From Candidatus Komeilibacteria bacterium (lineage in GTDB: Bacteria > Patescibacteriota > Patescibacteriia > UBA1558): 64,000 nt of DNA. A model generated the notes under the pieces. It made no database searches, had not been told where the DNA came from, and saw nothing but the letters and a program-made list of their open reading frames with translations. A program made the translations under genes and the position numbers. Shown here piece after piece: positions 17,333 to 26,249 of the stretch. Location: NCBI GenBank assembly GCA_048538275.1, contig JBLYPW010000001.1, positions 113,248 through 177,247 of the forward strand. Reading direction: 5' to 3'. Positions within the stretch are counted from its first letter, which is position 1. Every line of letters begins with the position of its first letter.

Positions 17333-18496
17333 ATGTTCAAAAAAAATAGAGCAAATAAATTTATCACAGGTGTATTAGCTGGTTTTTTATTGCTGTTTGG
17401 CTTGGTTTGGTTTAGTGCGATTGGGCAAGCCGCTAATGAAGGCATAAAATTTGTACCGCAGACTACTATACCGGGTGTTACCAAAGCTGGCGATACAAAT
17501 TTTACAGTAACGCCGGATACATTAGGAAACTATATTAATGCTATATATCAATACGGCGTGGGTGTTGTTGCAGTCTTAGCGGTGGTAATGATCATGTTGG
17601 GTGGTTTTAAGTGGATATTTTCTGGCGGTAGTGCCGAGCGCATAAGCTCTGCCAAAGGTACTATTACTAATGCAATTGTTGGTTTGATTTTGGTGTTGAC
17701 TTCTTGGTTATTGTTATCCACTATCAATCCGGCCTTAGTTGTTTTCCCTTCTTTACAAGCGCCAAAACCTAATCTTGTAGCCGGCGACTGCCCGATGTTG
17801 TTAAAAGATAATAACTTTGTTCGACAGTGTAGCGATTTTAATAATATAGGAGATTATTTGAAGACGACGGAGAGTGCTAAAACCATTCAAGACTATTGTC
17901 TTGATCAAGACGCGCAAGCGGCCTGCGGATTGCCAAAAAAGCTTTGTTATTGGGATGACGGTGAAAATTTATGCGCCTCCATAGTAGAGAAAGAATGTGC
18001 TACTGCTTCTGATTGCCAATTTAATGATGAAACCTTTATTTGTGAGAAAAAAACTAATCATTGTTCGCTCGGAGTAGAGGGGTCTTATTGTCTGAGGAAT
18101 GACGAATGTACGAGTGAATCCAATTTAATTTGTGCTTTCGGTGAGTGTGTTAAAGACGGAGATCATGGTTTTTTTAATGGAACTTGGAGACCAGAAACAG
18201 AGTGGCAAACAGGAATAGATTGTCCACCCGGTTATGTGGGGGAGACTGATTCAGATTCTCCTGATGGTGGTGGTAATTGTATAAGAAGAGCCCCTCTGTG
18301 TGATATTCAGCAGGATTGTTTTTCTAATTCTGGTGATTATATTGGTTGGACAGATAGCGCTATGACTCTTCTAAAGAATGATTGCGGGACTGAGGGCGAT
18401 GTCAAAAGATGTGATTGCGATTCAGATAAAGGATGTAGCTCAGGGAGATGTATCAATACGCGAAACGGGCAAAATGATGTATGTTATCCAGACTAG
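17333..18496 (+). CDS. T4SS pilin-like N-terminal domain fused to a cysteine-rich extracellular domain
   Basis: Signal/TM segment, then two adjacent hydrophobic helices (GVGVVAVLAVVMIMLGGFKW and AIVGLILVLTSWLLLSTI), then a ~250-aa region with more than 30 Cys. Confidence 0.4.
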   Translation: MFKKNRANKFITGVLAGFLLLFGLVWFSAIGQAANEGIKFVPQTTIPGVTKAGDTNFTVTPDTLGNYINAIYQYGVGVVAVLAVVMIMLGGFKWIFSGGSAERISSAKGTITNAIVGLILVLTSWLLLSTINPALVVFPSLQAPKPNLVAGDCPMLLKDNNFVRQCSDFNNIGDYLKTTESAKTIQDYCLDQDAQAACGLPKKLCYWDDGENLCASIVEKECATASDCQFNDETFICEKKTNHCSLGVEGSYCLRNDECTSESNLICAFGECVKDGDHGFFNGTWRPETEWQTGIDCPPGYVGETDSDSPDGGGNCIRRAPLCDIQQDCFSNSGDYIGWTDSAMTLLKNDCGTEGDVKRCDCDSDKGCSSGRCINTRNGQNDVCYPD

Positions 18497-18759
18497 CGGG
18501 AGATTATTTGATATTAATTTAGATTTGTCATCATTTATAATTTTAAGATAAAAGGGTCGTTTTTATAGGCGAGTCCCTTTTATTATGTCTAAAAAATGAC
18601 AATTTTATTAAGACCTGTATTAAAATATTTATCGTCGGAGAAGGGTGATAGATTCTATTTTTTATAGATAATGAATATTGTGTACTTTTGTTCAGTAAGT
18701 TATTAAACAAATCAAGCGTAGTTTAAGTTTAAGAAAAAATGTTGTAGCCATTATGAGAT

Positions 18760-18787
18760 TTGACAACCAGTCAATACAGCTTATAAT
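18760..18787 (+). promoter_or_regulatory. sigma-70-type promoter (TTGACA-16 nt-TATAAT) immediately upstream of radA
   Basis: Perfect -35 TTGACA (18760-18765) and -10 TATAAT (18782-18787). The radA ATG begins 7 nt after the -10 with no Shine-Dalgarno, implying a leaderless mRNA. Confidence 0.4.
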
Positions 18788-18793
18788 AGATTT

Positions 18794-20128
18794 ATGACTA
18801 ATAAGAATGTAACAATTTTTGCTTGCAGTAAATGTGGCGCCCAGTACCCAAAGTGGACCGGGCGCTGTTTGGAATGCGGCAGTTGGGGTACGGTAACGGA
18901 AGAAAATAGCAGTCCCGCCGGTAAAGTTGAGCAAAAGATAGATAATAAAAGAGCGCAAGCGCCCGTAGCTTTGTCTACTTTAACGAGTGGTGATTTGAGC
19001 AGAATTTCTAGTGGTTTTTCTGAATTAGATCGTGTTTTGGGTGGTGGCTTAATTAGTGGTAGTATGATTTTATTGGGCGGTGATCCCGGCATTGGTAAAT
19101 CCACTTTGGCTTTGCAATTAGCCGGCAATATAAAGGAAGCTTTATATGTGTCTGCTGAAGAGTCCGGTGGTCAGGTTAGTCAGCGATGGCAGCGTTTGGG
19201 AAAGGGAAAAGATATAAAATTTTTAAATAGCAATAACTTGGAGGATATTATCGCCACTATCAGTAAAGAAAAGCCATCATTGGTGGTGATAGATTCAATT
19301 CAAACGATTTATTCTGAGGTGGTTAGCGGTGAGGCGGGTAATATCAGTCAGGTGCGGGCTTGTACCGTTCAGCTATTAAGTTTCGCTAAGCAGCTGGATA
19401 TAACAATTGTTATTATTGGTCACGTCACCAAAGAAGGAGTGATGGCTGGCCCCAAGACTTTGGAGCATTTGGTGGACACGGTATTATATTTGGAAGGTGA
19501 TAAGTATCAACAGTATCGTTTATTGCGGGCAGTTAAGAACCGTTTTGGGCAGACCGGTGAAGTGGCTTTATGGGAAATGGCGGCTAAAGGTTTACAGCAA
19601 ATTACCAATCCCTCTGCTTTATTATGGTCGGATAAAAAAGTAGCCGGCGCAGTTGGCACGGCCATGGTAGAGGGTAGTCGGGTATTATTGGTGGAAGTTC
19701 AGGCCTTGGTAAATAAAACCAGTTTTGGTTATCCTCGGCGGTTGGCTTCCGGTTTTTCTAATCAGCGACTAGAGGTTATATTAGCGGTATTGGCTAAAAA
19801 GTTAAAATTACCTTTGTCCAATTATGATGTTTATATAAATATTGCCGGTGGCCTACAATTACGTGAGCCGGCACTTGATTTGGCGGTAGCAGCAGCAATT
19901 ATGTCGGCTTATTATGATAAGCCTTTTCCGTCCAGCAGTATTATATTTGGCGAAATTGGCTTGTCCGGTGAATTACGAGCAGTGGTAAAGACTAAGTCGC
20001 GTGTTAAAGAAGCTTTACGGTTGGGAGTGGAGCGGGTTTATTTACCTACCTTACCTAAAGAGGTGAGGGCCAATAAACAACTTATGAGTTTGGCGGATTT
20101 GTCAGCCGTGGTAAAGCTTTTTAAGTAA
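18794..20128 (+). CDS. radA: DNA repair protein RadA/Sms
   Basis: N-terminal C4 zinc finger CSKCG...CLECGSW; RecA-like Walker A GDPGIGKST; Lon-protease-like C-terminal domain. Confidence 0.9.
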   Translation: MTNKNVTIFACSKCGAQYPKWTGRCLECGSWGTVTEENSSPAGKVEQKIDNKRAQAPVALSTLTSGDLSRISSGFSELDRVLGGGLISGSMILLGGDPGIGKSTLALQLAGNIKEALYVSAEESGGQVSQRWQRLGKGKDIKFLNSNNLEDIIATISKEKPSLVVIDSIQTIYSEVVSGEAGNISQVRACTVQLLSFAKQLDITIVIIGHVTKEGVMAGPKTLEHLVDTVLYLEGDKYQQYRLLRAVKNRFGQTGEVALWEMAAKGLQQITNPSALLWSDKKVAGAVGTAMVEGSRVLLVEVQALVNKTSFGYPRRLASGFSNQRLEVILAVLAKKLKLPLSNYDVYINIAGGLQLREPALDLAVAAAIMSAYYDKPFPSSSIIFGEIGLSGELRAVVKTKSRVKEALRLGVERVYLPTLPKEVRANKQLMSLADLSAVVKLFK

Positions 20129-20143
20129 ATAGTTATTTAATTT

Positions 20144-20180
20144 AAAAAAACCCACCGAGTAAGACCCGGTGGGAGGTTTT
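20144..20180. terminator. bidirectional rho-independent terminator between radA and the convergent downstream gene
   Basis: Stem cccaccg/cggtggg, flanked by an A7 run on one side and a T-rich run on the other. Confidence 0.6.
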
Positions 20181-20189
20181 GTTGATTTT

Positions 20190-20618
20190 TCAGTCCTTGC
20201 GCCCATTGTTTTTGAGCTTTTCTTGCTCTTTGCAATGAGCATGCTTGGTGGCAATTGGAGTGGTAATGATCCTTTCCCACTCAATGACCTTGTTGCATTG
20301 AGTACAGATTCCGAACTTTTCGGTTTCTATACTTTCCAGGGCCACTTGTAGCCTATGCAAATATTCATATGCACGGTGCGTGGCATGAGCATTGAGCGTT
20401 TTTGAAAACGCTTGGTTTTCATCACGCTCGTTTTGGAGGACATATTCTTCTTTGGCAAAGTTTATGTCATCCTGACGGTCCTGGGCATCATCATAGATTT
20501 TCTGGCGGACCTGTTGTTTCCAATCACTGGGCCAGCCATTGGCTTCGCGAATGTCGTGAATGTCGTTGAAGTTGGACGAAGCTGTTTGCGGTGTAGCCGC
20601 TGTAATTACTTCTGACAT
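20190..20618 (-). CDS. DksA/TraR-family zinc-finger protein (putative)
   Basis: C-terminal CTQC-x19-HAHC zinc-finger-like motif after a coiled-coil region; 142 aa. Confidence 0.45.
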   Translation of the reverse strand: MSEVITAATPQTASSNFNDIHDIREANGWPSDWKQQVRQKIYDDAQDRQDDINFAKEEYVLQNERDENQAFSKTLNAHATHRAYEYLHRLQVALESIETEKFGICTQCNKVIEWERIITTPIATKHAHCKEQEKLKNNGRKD

Positions 20619-20781
20619 AAGAATTCCTCTTATTTTTTGGTGTTATTTTCTTGCCTTGTTCAATCCAGAAAATAACCTCAGTCAGTAGCAATGGAAATCA
20701 ATTCCCATAAAAGTCCCTCCTATCCTGCACAAGTTAAAAGAACAATATATATAAAGTAGCAAGAATTTATTTTTTTGTCAA

Positions 20782-22863
20782 CTACTCAAGGTGGATTGTA
20801 TTCTGTATTTGGTTTATTTTTTTTGCTATTAAAGGATGTTTTTTTAATTTCTTGTCATCGTTTAGTATATCTTGGACAGCGTTTTGGGCTTCTTTGACCA
20901 GGGTGATATTAGTAATGGCCTGGTAAAGTAAATTATTCATAAAGCCTGATTGTGTATCACCATAAAATTCACCAGCACCACGTTGCTTTAAATCGGCTTC
21001 CGCTAAAGCAAAGCCATCATTAGTGCGTACCAAAGTCTGTAATCGTTCTAGAGTGCGGGGAGAATTGTTATTACTCAATAAAAAGCAATAAGCTTGATTG
21101 TCACCTCGGCCTACGCGTCCGCGAAATTGGTGTAGTTGGGCTAAACCAAAACGGTCAGCACCTTCTATCATCATGATCGTGGCATTGGGTACGTCAACCC
21201 CAACCTCTATGACGGAAGTGGCTACTAAGATGTTAATTTTGTTAGCTTGGAAGTCAGCCATGACTTTGGCTTTGTCCTCGGCTTTTAATTTTCCATGCAG
21301 CAAAGCAACGGAACGGTGTGGGAATATTTCTTCGTTGAGATGTTTATATTCGGCAGTAACAGATTTTACGCCCAATTTATCTGATTCATCAATTAAAGGG
21401 CAAACGACAAATACCTGATGTCCGGCGTCTAGCTGTTTGTTTATAAATTCATAAGTAACTCGTCTTTGTTGATCGGTGACTAATTTTGTGATTATCGGTT
21501 TGCGGCCAGCCGGTTTGGTTTTTAGAAGTGAGATATTTAGATTGCCATAGATAGCCAATGCCAAGGTGCGGGGGATTGGCGTGGCAGTCAAGGATAGAAA
21601 GTGTGGCATAGTGTCGGGGTCACCGGATTGTTCTTGTAATTGTTGGCGTTGTTTGACGCCAAAGCGATGTTGTTCATCCACTATTACTAAGCCTAAATTG
21701 GCGAAATTTATATTTTTTTGAATGAGGGCATGAGTACCGATAATAAAGTTAATTTCTCCTTTAGATAAGGCTTTACTTATAGCGACTTTGCTGATATTTT
21801 TTGCTTTTGTTTGCCCGGCTATTAGCCGTTGATTTTGTGTTATTAGTCCGTATTGCCAAGGCACAGAGGGCCATAATTTACAAATAGTTTGCCAATGTTG
21901 TTCTGCTAAGATAGCGGTTGGCGCCATCAGAGCTACTTGATAACCGTTAATAATTGCATCATAGGCTGCCAAAGCTGCTACTACAGTTTTACCGGAGCCG
22001 ACATCACCATTGAGCAATCTGTTCATGGGTTGGCCGCTATTCATATCTTTGATGATTTCCCAGCCAGCTCTTTTTTGATCCGGAGTTAGCTGGAAGGGAA
22101 GACTATCAACAAATTCCTTTATCTCTTTTTGTTTGAATTCAATAGCTGGTGCCGTTTGTTCTGCTAGCTGATTTTTGATGAGTTGATTTTGTAATTGGAG
22201 TAAAAATATTTGATTGAATTGTAGGCGGCGGCGAGCATCTAGCATATTATCATTGTCGTCTGGAAAATGAATTTGCATTAATGCTTCTCGTAGATTCAAT
22301 AAATGATATTTTTGACGAATGTCAGCGGGCAGCCAATCTTTTATTTGTGTAATAGCTGGTAAACAGCTTTTGACTATAAAGCGTAGTTGTTTCTGGGTTA
22401 GTTTTTCTGTACTACTATAAATTGGTACTAGGCGCCCGGTGTGCGTAGTTTGTTCTTGAGCTTTTTCATAAGAAGGATTATTCATTTGGCGACCCAGTAG
22501 ATCGCCAGCTACTTTACCAGCCAATAAAATATCATCACCGATTTTGAAAGTTTTTGTTATATAAGGTTGATTAAACCACACTACTTTTAGTGAACCGCTG
22601 TCATCGTTGACTAAGGCTTCAGTGATAGTGAGTTTGCGATGACGGGCGCGACGATTGGCGAGTAGTTCAATGCGGGCACGTACTGTAGTGAGTTCATCAA
22701 TATTTAAGTCCGCTATCGGTTTTATTTGACTAAAATCGTCATAACGTACTGGCAGGTGCCAAAGCATATCTGCTACGGTATTGATGCCAATTTTTTTTAA
22801 GCGCGTGGCAATAGTTTTTCCCACGCGATTGACGGATTCTACTTTTGTTTCTAAAGTTAACAT
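20782..22863 (-). CDS. recG: ATP-dependent DNA helicase RecG
   Basis: N-terminal wedge domain; helicase motifs GDVGSGKT, DEQHRFGV, LSLTATPIPRTLA; 693 aa. Confidence 0.9.
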   Translation of the reverse strand: MLTLETKVESVNRVGKTIATRLKKIGINTVADMLWHLPVRYDDFSQIKPIADLNIDELTTVRARIELLANRRARHRKLTITEALVNDDSGSLKVVWFNQPYITKTFKIGDDILLAGKVAGDLLGRQMNNPSYEKAQEQTTHTGRLVPIYSSTEKLTQKQLRFIVKSCLPAITQIKDWLPADIRQKYHLLNLREALMQIHFPDDNDNMLDARRRLQFNQIFLLQLQNQLIKNQLAEQTAPAIEFKQKEIKEFVDSLPFQLTPDQKRAGWEIIKDMNSGQPMNRLLNGDVGSGKTVVAALAAYDAIINGYQVALMAPTAILAEQHWQTICKLWPSVPWQYGLITQNQRLIAGQTKAKNISKVAISKALSKGEINFIIGTHALIQKNINFANLGLVIVDEQHRFGVKQRQQLQEQSGDPDTMPHFLSLTATPIPRTLALAIYGNLNISLLKTKPAGRKPIITKLVTDQQRRVTYEFINKQLDAGHQVFVVCPLIDESDKLGVKSVTAEYKHLNEEIFPHRSVALLHGKLKAEDKAKVMADFQANKINILVATSVIEVGVDVPNATIMMIEGADRFGLAQLHQFRGRVGRGDNQAYCFLLSNNNSPRTLERLQTLVRTNDGFALAEADLKQRGAGEFYGDTQSGFMNNLLYQAITNITLVKEAQNAVQDILNDDKKLKKHPLIAKKINQIQNTIHLE

Positions 22864-22968
22864 ATCATAATTGTAGCAAAATAATAGGTAAAAAAATAGG
22901 CTAGCTACAGGTTTATTGTTGGATATCCAAATTTAAGGTAAACTAAATATAGTTATTAGTTTTATTTT

Positions 22969-23727
22969 ATGTATTCAACAAATATCGATTATAAAAAATT
23001 GTATGATAGGGTAGGTGGTTTGATTGGCTGGGATTTTAGTAATTTACAGGTTGAAACAGAAGACAAAAAGTGGAATTTTTATAAAGAGGTCGTAGCCAAA
23101 GCAAAATCTAATTTTCGGTTATTGGATATTGGTACAGGGGGCGGGGAGGCGGTTTTAAAAATTAGAAATAATTTTACTGAAATAATTGGTATTGATTTTT
23201 CTGTAAATATGATAATGACTGCGAAGGCAAATTTGAAAAAAAGCAAAGCGACTAATGTCATTTTCAAACTTATGGATGCTAAACAATTAGAATTTCAAGA
23301 TAATTATTTTGATATAGTATCTGATCGGCATTGTGAGTTTTCGGCTTTTGAAATAGCTAGAGTATTAAAGCCGGGCGGTTATTTTTTAACTCAACAGGTT
23401 AGCGAGGGTGATAAATTGAATATTAAGCAAGCTTTTGGTCGAGGACAGGACTGGGGGGTGAAGGAAGGCATAGCTATGAAAAAATATATTACAAAACTTA
23501 AAACTGCTGGGTTTGTTAATATCAAGGTTTATACTTATAATGTCAAGGAATGGTATAAGAGCGCAGAAGATCTAATATTTTTATTAAGGCATACTCCGAT
23601 TATTCCAAATTTTGGTAAAAAACCAGAAGATTTTGCGGTATTAGATCGCTTTATAGCAGATAATAGTAGTCAGAGCGGTATTTTGACTAACTCTAAGAGA
23701 TATATGTTAATAGCACGGCTTGCATAA
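22969..23727 (+). CDS. class I SAM-dependent methyltransferase
   Basis: Motif I LLDIGTGGGEAVL and the motif II/III spacing typical of Methyltransf_11/25. Confidence 0.7.
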   Translation: MYSTNIDYKKLYDRVGGLIGWDFSNLQVETEDKKWNFYKEVVAKAKSNFRLLDIGTGGGEAVLKIRNNFTEIIGIDFSVNMIMTAKANLKKSKATNVIFKLMDAKQLEFQDNYFDIVSDRHCEFSAFEIARVLKPGGYFLTQQVSEGDKLNIKQAFGRGQDWGVKEGIAMKKYITKLKTAGFVNIKVYTYNVKEWYKSAEDLIFLLRHTPIIPNFGKKPEDFAVLDRFIADNSSQSGILTNSKRYMLIARLA

Positions 23728-23811
23728 GTGTGAGCAGATTGACCGGTGTTGTGCTTTTGTTGTGTTGTTGATGATTTGGTATATAGAATATTTGTTATAA
23801 AAGGCATAATT

Positions 23812-23840
23812 AAAAAAGAGAGATGCTCTCTTTTTTATTT
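23812..23840 (+). terminator. rho-independent terminator downstream of the methyltransferase gene
   Basis: Hairpin aagagag-atg-ctctctt followed by a T6 run. Confidence 0.5.
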
Positions 23841-24278
23841 TCAGTTATTTAGTCATTGAGCGGTAGTAAATGACTGACCAGGGTTGATTCATGAGTCAGC
23901 GCAGTTTGTTAGCTTGTTATTTTTTTGATATTTTTTAAAATTGTAGAAACCAGCGGGTATTATTGGAAGGCGGTTTCATGTGCTTATGTTTTGTAGTTAG
24001 TTCATCAATATTCAAGTTGTCTATTTGTTTTAATACATGAACATAATATATAAGTTTATGATTAGCACTCAATAGCTTCTATTTGCTTAATGGCCTTTAT
24101 GTTTAAGTTTTAGTGAGGGCGAATGGTGGAGAGAGATTTTTAGCGCTTCCTCTTAACTTTGTTCAGAGTTGTCTTGTTCAGGTCAGCAGCTCACTTACCA
24201 TCGGCAACTTAGCTAATATTTGCTTGGTTCGCTTCTGTCCGCCCGTCAGACGGGTCCCGTTTGAATTCCTGTTCTAAA

Positions 24279-24314
24279 AGAACGCGCCCCATACGATAGT
24301 ATGGGGCGCGTTCT
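24279..24314 (-). terminator. strong hairpin (13-bp perfect stem) immediately 3' of tRNA-Ser(GCU)
   Basis: Stem agaacgcgcccca/tggggcgcgttct directly abutting the tRNA CCA end, followed on the minus strand by TTTT. Confidence 0.6.
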
Positions 24315-24316
24315 TC

Positions 24317-24410
24317 TGGCGGAGAGAGAGGGATTCGAACCCTCGCGCCGGCTAAACACCGACCTAACGGTTTAGCAAACCGTCCCCTTCAGCCGCTTGG
24401 GTATCTCTCC
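24317..24410 (-). tRNA. tRNA-Ser (anticodon GCU), class II, CCA encoded
   Basis: rc = GGAGAGATACCCAAGCGGCTGAAGGGGACGGTTTGCTAAACCGT...GAGGGTTCGAATCCCTCTCTCTCCGCCA. Anticodon loop TTGCTAA; long variable arm. Confidence 0.85.
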
Positions 24411-24800
24411 ACGTCCTAGTCACTCTTCGCCGCTCCATGTTTCAGGTCAAGCCTGAACCATTCCGCTTAACTCAGAGTGCCTACTCCTTGCTGCTCATTC
24501 CTTACCCTTCGCTTTGCTCAGGGTCAAGCAACTCGCAGGGTTGATATACTTTGTCACTCTTCGCCGCTACGTCGTAGTCGGGTTTCGCCACTGCGTGCGA
24601 CAGATCAAGTCTGTCTCACTGCGTTTGACTCAACCACGCCTACTCCTTGCTGGTCGTGACTTAACCATTCACTTCGTTCATGGCCCAAGTCACTCCCAGT
24701 TTTTTTCAGTTTGATCGGGTTTCGCCACTGCGTGCGACAGATCAAGTCTGTCTCACTGCGTTTGACTCAACCACGCCTACTCCTTGCCTCGCACGTTTAT
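24411..24800. repeat. repeat family in the tRNA leader region: a ~104-nt unit at 24553-24656, a partial copy at 24716-24787, and a ~44-nt unit at 24500-24543
   Basis: 24553-24656 is identical to 25349-25452. The 24-nt acgtcctagtcactcttcgccgct abuts the tRNA 5' end here and again at 25341. Confidence 0.7.
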
Positions 24801-24939
24801 TTTTCGTTTTGCTTTACTTGCTTAGAACCAAGCAATGCTCGGGAGGATTATTTATATTTTTTTCCAGGCTACTTTGTTTTTTTAGCACTTTTCTTTGATT
24901 TATTCCTGGTCATTATATCAAAGCTTTAGCGCAGGTAAA

Positions 24940-25029
24940 TGGCGGAGAGGGTGGGATTCGAACCCACGGAACCCGTGAAGGTTCAACAGTTTTCAAGACT
25001 GTCGCATTCGACCACTCTGCCACCTCTCC
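24940..25029 (-). tRNA. tRNA-Ser (anticodon UGA), class II, CCA encoded
   Basis: rc = GGAGAGGTGGCAGAGTGGTCGAATGCGACAGTCTTGAAAACTGTTGAACCTTCACGGGTTCCGTGGGTTCGAATCCCACCCTCTCCGCCA. Confidence 0.85.
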
Positions 25030-25304
25030 CGAATGTATTTTCTACCTTGGCCACTTTTTAGAAATATTTCCCTTTGTCTAGCTTCTGTATAGGTGATGTA
25101 TGTTTCATAGAATAATATTTTCCATGGTCTCTTTGTTTTTGTCGATTTTGTCTTCCCGGCGTTATGAGATTTTAATCTGGTTGCAGGACTGTTTTCCCGA
25201 GATGACCCTATGTAGATATTATTATCATTATTAATTAATGTGTAAGTGCAAGGCATATTTTTGTGAATAGTTTTTCCGCCTGAGGCGGACCCGCCTCTGG
25301 CGGG

Positions 25305-25341
25305 CAAGACTGTCGCATTCGACCACTCTGCCACCTCTCCA
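25305..25341 (-). pseudogene. 5'-half fragment of tRNA-Ser(UGA) (positions 1-35), truncated inside the anticodon
   Basis: A 35/35 match to the 5' part of the 24940-25029 tRNA ends at G35. It is followed on the minus strand by two GC hairpins (cccgcc/ggcggg and tccgcc/ggcgga) instead of the rest of the tRNA. Confidence 0.6.
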
Positions 25342-25520
25342 CGTCCTAGTCACTCTTCGCCGCTACGTCGTAGTCGGGTTTCGCCACTGCGTGCGACAGA
25401 TCAAGTCTGTCTCACTGCGTTTGACTCAACCACGCCTACTCCTTGCTGGTCGCCTGGTCATATGAGGCTCGTTCCTTACCCTTCGTTCTGCTTAGGGTCA
25501 AGCAACTCGCCGGGTTTTTC
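25341..25520. repeat. second copy of the tRNA-leader repeat units (104-nt unit 25349-25452; 44-nt unit 25476-25518)
   Basis: Near-identical to 24553-24656 and 24500-24543. Confidence 0.7.
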
Positions 25521-25609
25521 TTAATTAGTCTAGATTGATTATTTTTCTAGAATGTAAAGCCTTATTAAGGGTATAAAATCTTTAGGCAGTATAATATTTT
25601 TACCCATCA

Positions 25610-26164
25610 TTGTCAATATGTGATAAAGATACTATAATAGTGATAGATAAATATATGGCAAAAGGTGAAAAACAGTATGTAGATGAACAGTATGTGGGGC
25701 AGGAGATTATGTCTTGGGCTGTTCCTGAATACCCGCGATATCAGCGTGATTTGCGCTGGTATGTTATAGCTGTCATTGTGGCTATTTTATTTTTATTATA
25801 CTCCGTGCTGACGGCCAATCTTTTATTTGGTTTGATTATAATTATGGCGGCGGTAACTATTTTCTACTTTGATCGTCATCAAGCGCCCATGGTTGATTTT
25901 GTTATTACCAATCAAGGTTTTAAATTGCATGATAAGTTTTATGAATTTAGTGGAGTTAAATCTTTTTATATAATTTTTGAACCGCCGCATGTACAAAGTT
26001 TGTTTATTGAATTTAATAATAGTTTGCGACCGCGTTTAAATATTCCTTTACAAGACCACGATCCTTCATCTGTGCGTAAAGTATTGAAAGAATATTTAAA
26101 GGAGGACTTGGAAAGAGAAGGCGAGCCTATTAGCGAGGCTTTGGGTAGAATATTTAAGTTATAA
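25610..26164 (+). CDS. hypothetical 2-TM membrane protein
   Basis: Two adjacent hydrophobic helices (VIAVIVAILFLLYSVL and LLFGLIIIMAAVTIF); no motif I recognise. Confidence 0.4.
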   Translation: MSICDKDTIIVIDKYMAKGEKQYVDEQYVGQEIMSWAVPEYPRYQRDLRWYVIAVIVAILFLLYSVLTANLLFGLIIIMAAVTIFYFDRHQAPMVDFVITNQGFKLHDKFYEFSGVKSFYIIFEPPHVQSLFIEFNNSLRPRLNIPLQDHDPSSVRKVLKEYLKEDLEREGEPISEALGRIFKL

Positions 26165-26249
26165 TCCAAATTTTTTAACGAGGTTGACAATTGCACTTTT
26201 TTATTTTACACTTCTCAAAGTTCGGGAAGTTTTTTTAATCAATATTAAT

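Noticed and set aside
24477-24929. Four overlapping 60-72-aa ORFs in the tRNA-Ser repeat region, and the 113-aa ORF at 24993-25334 overlapping tRNA-Ser(UGA)
   Set aside because: They overlap tRNA genes or repeat units, have no RBS, and their low-complexity translations duplicate with the repeats. They are not protein-coding.
23750-25600. Possible CRISPR array, given the multiple direct repeats
   Set aside because: The repeat units have unequal lengths (24, 44, 72 and 104 nt), the spacing is irregular, and there are only 2-3 copies. No cas genes are in the window. This is not a CRISPR array.
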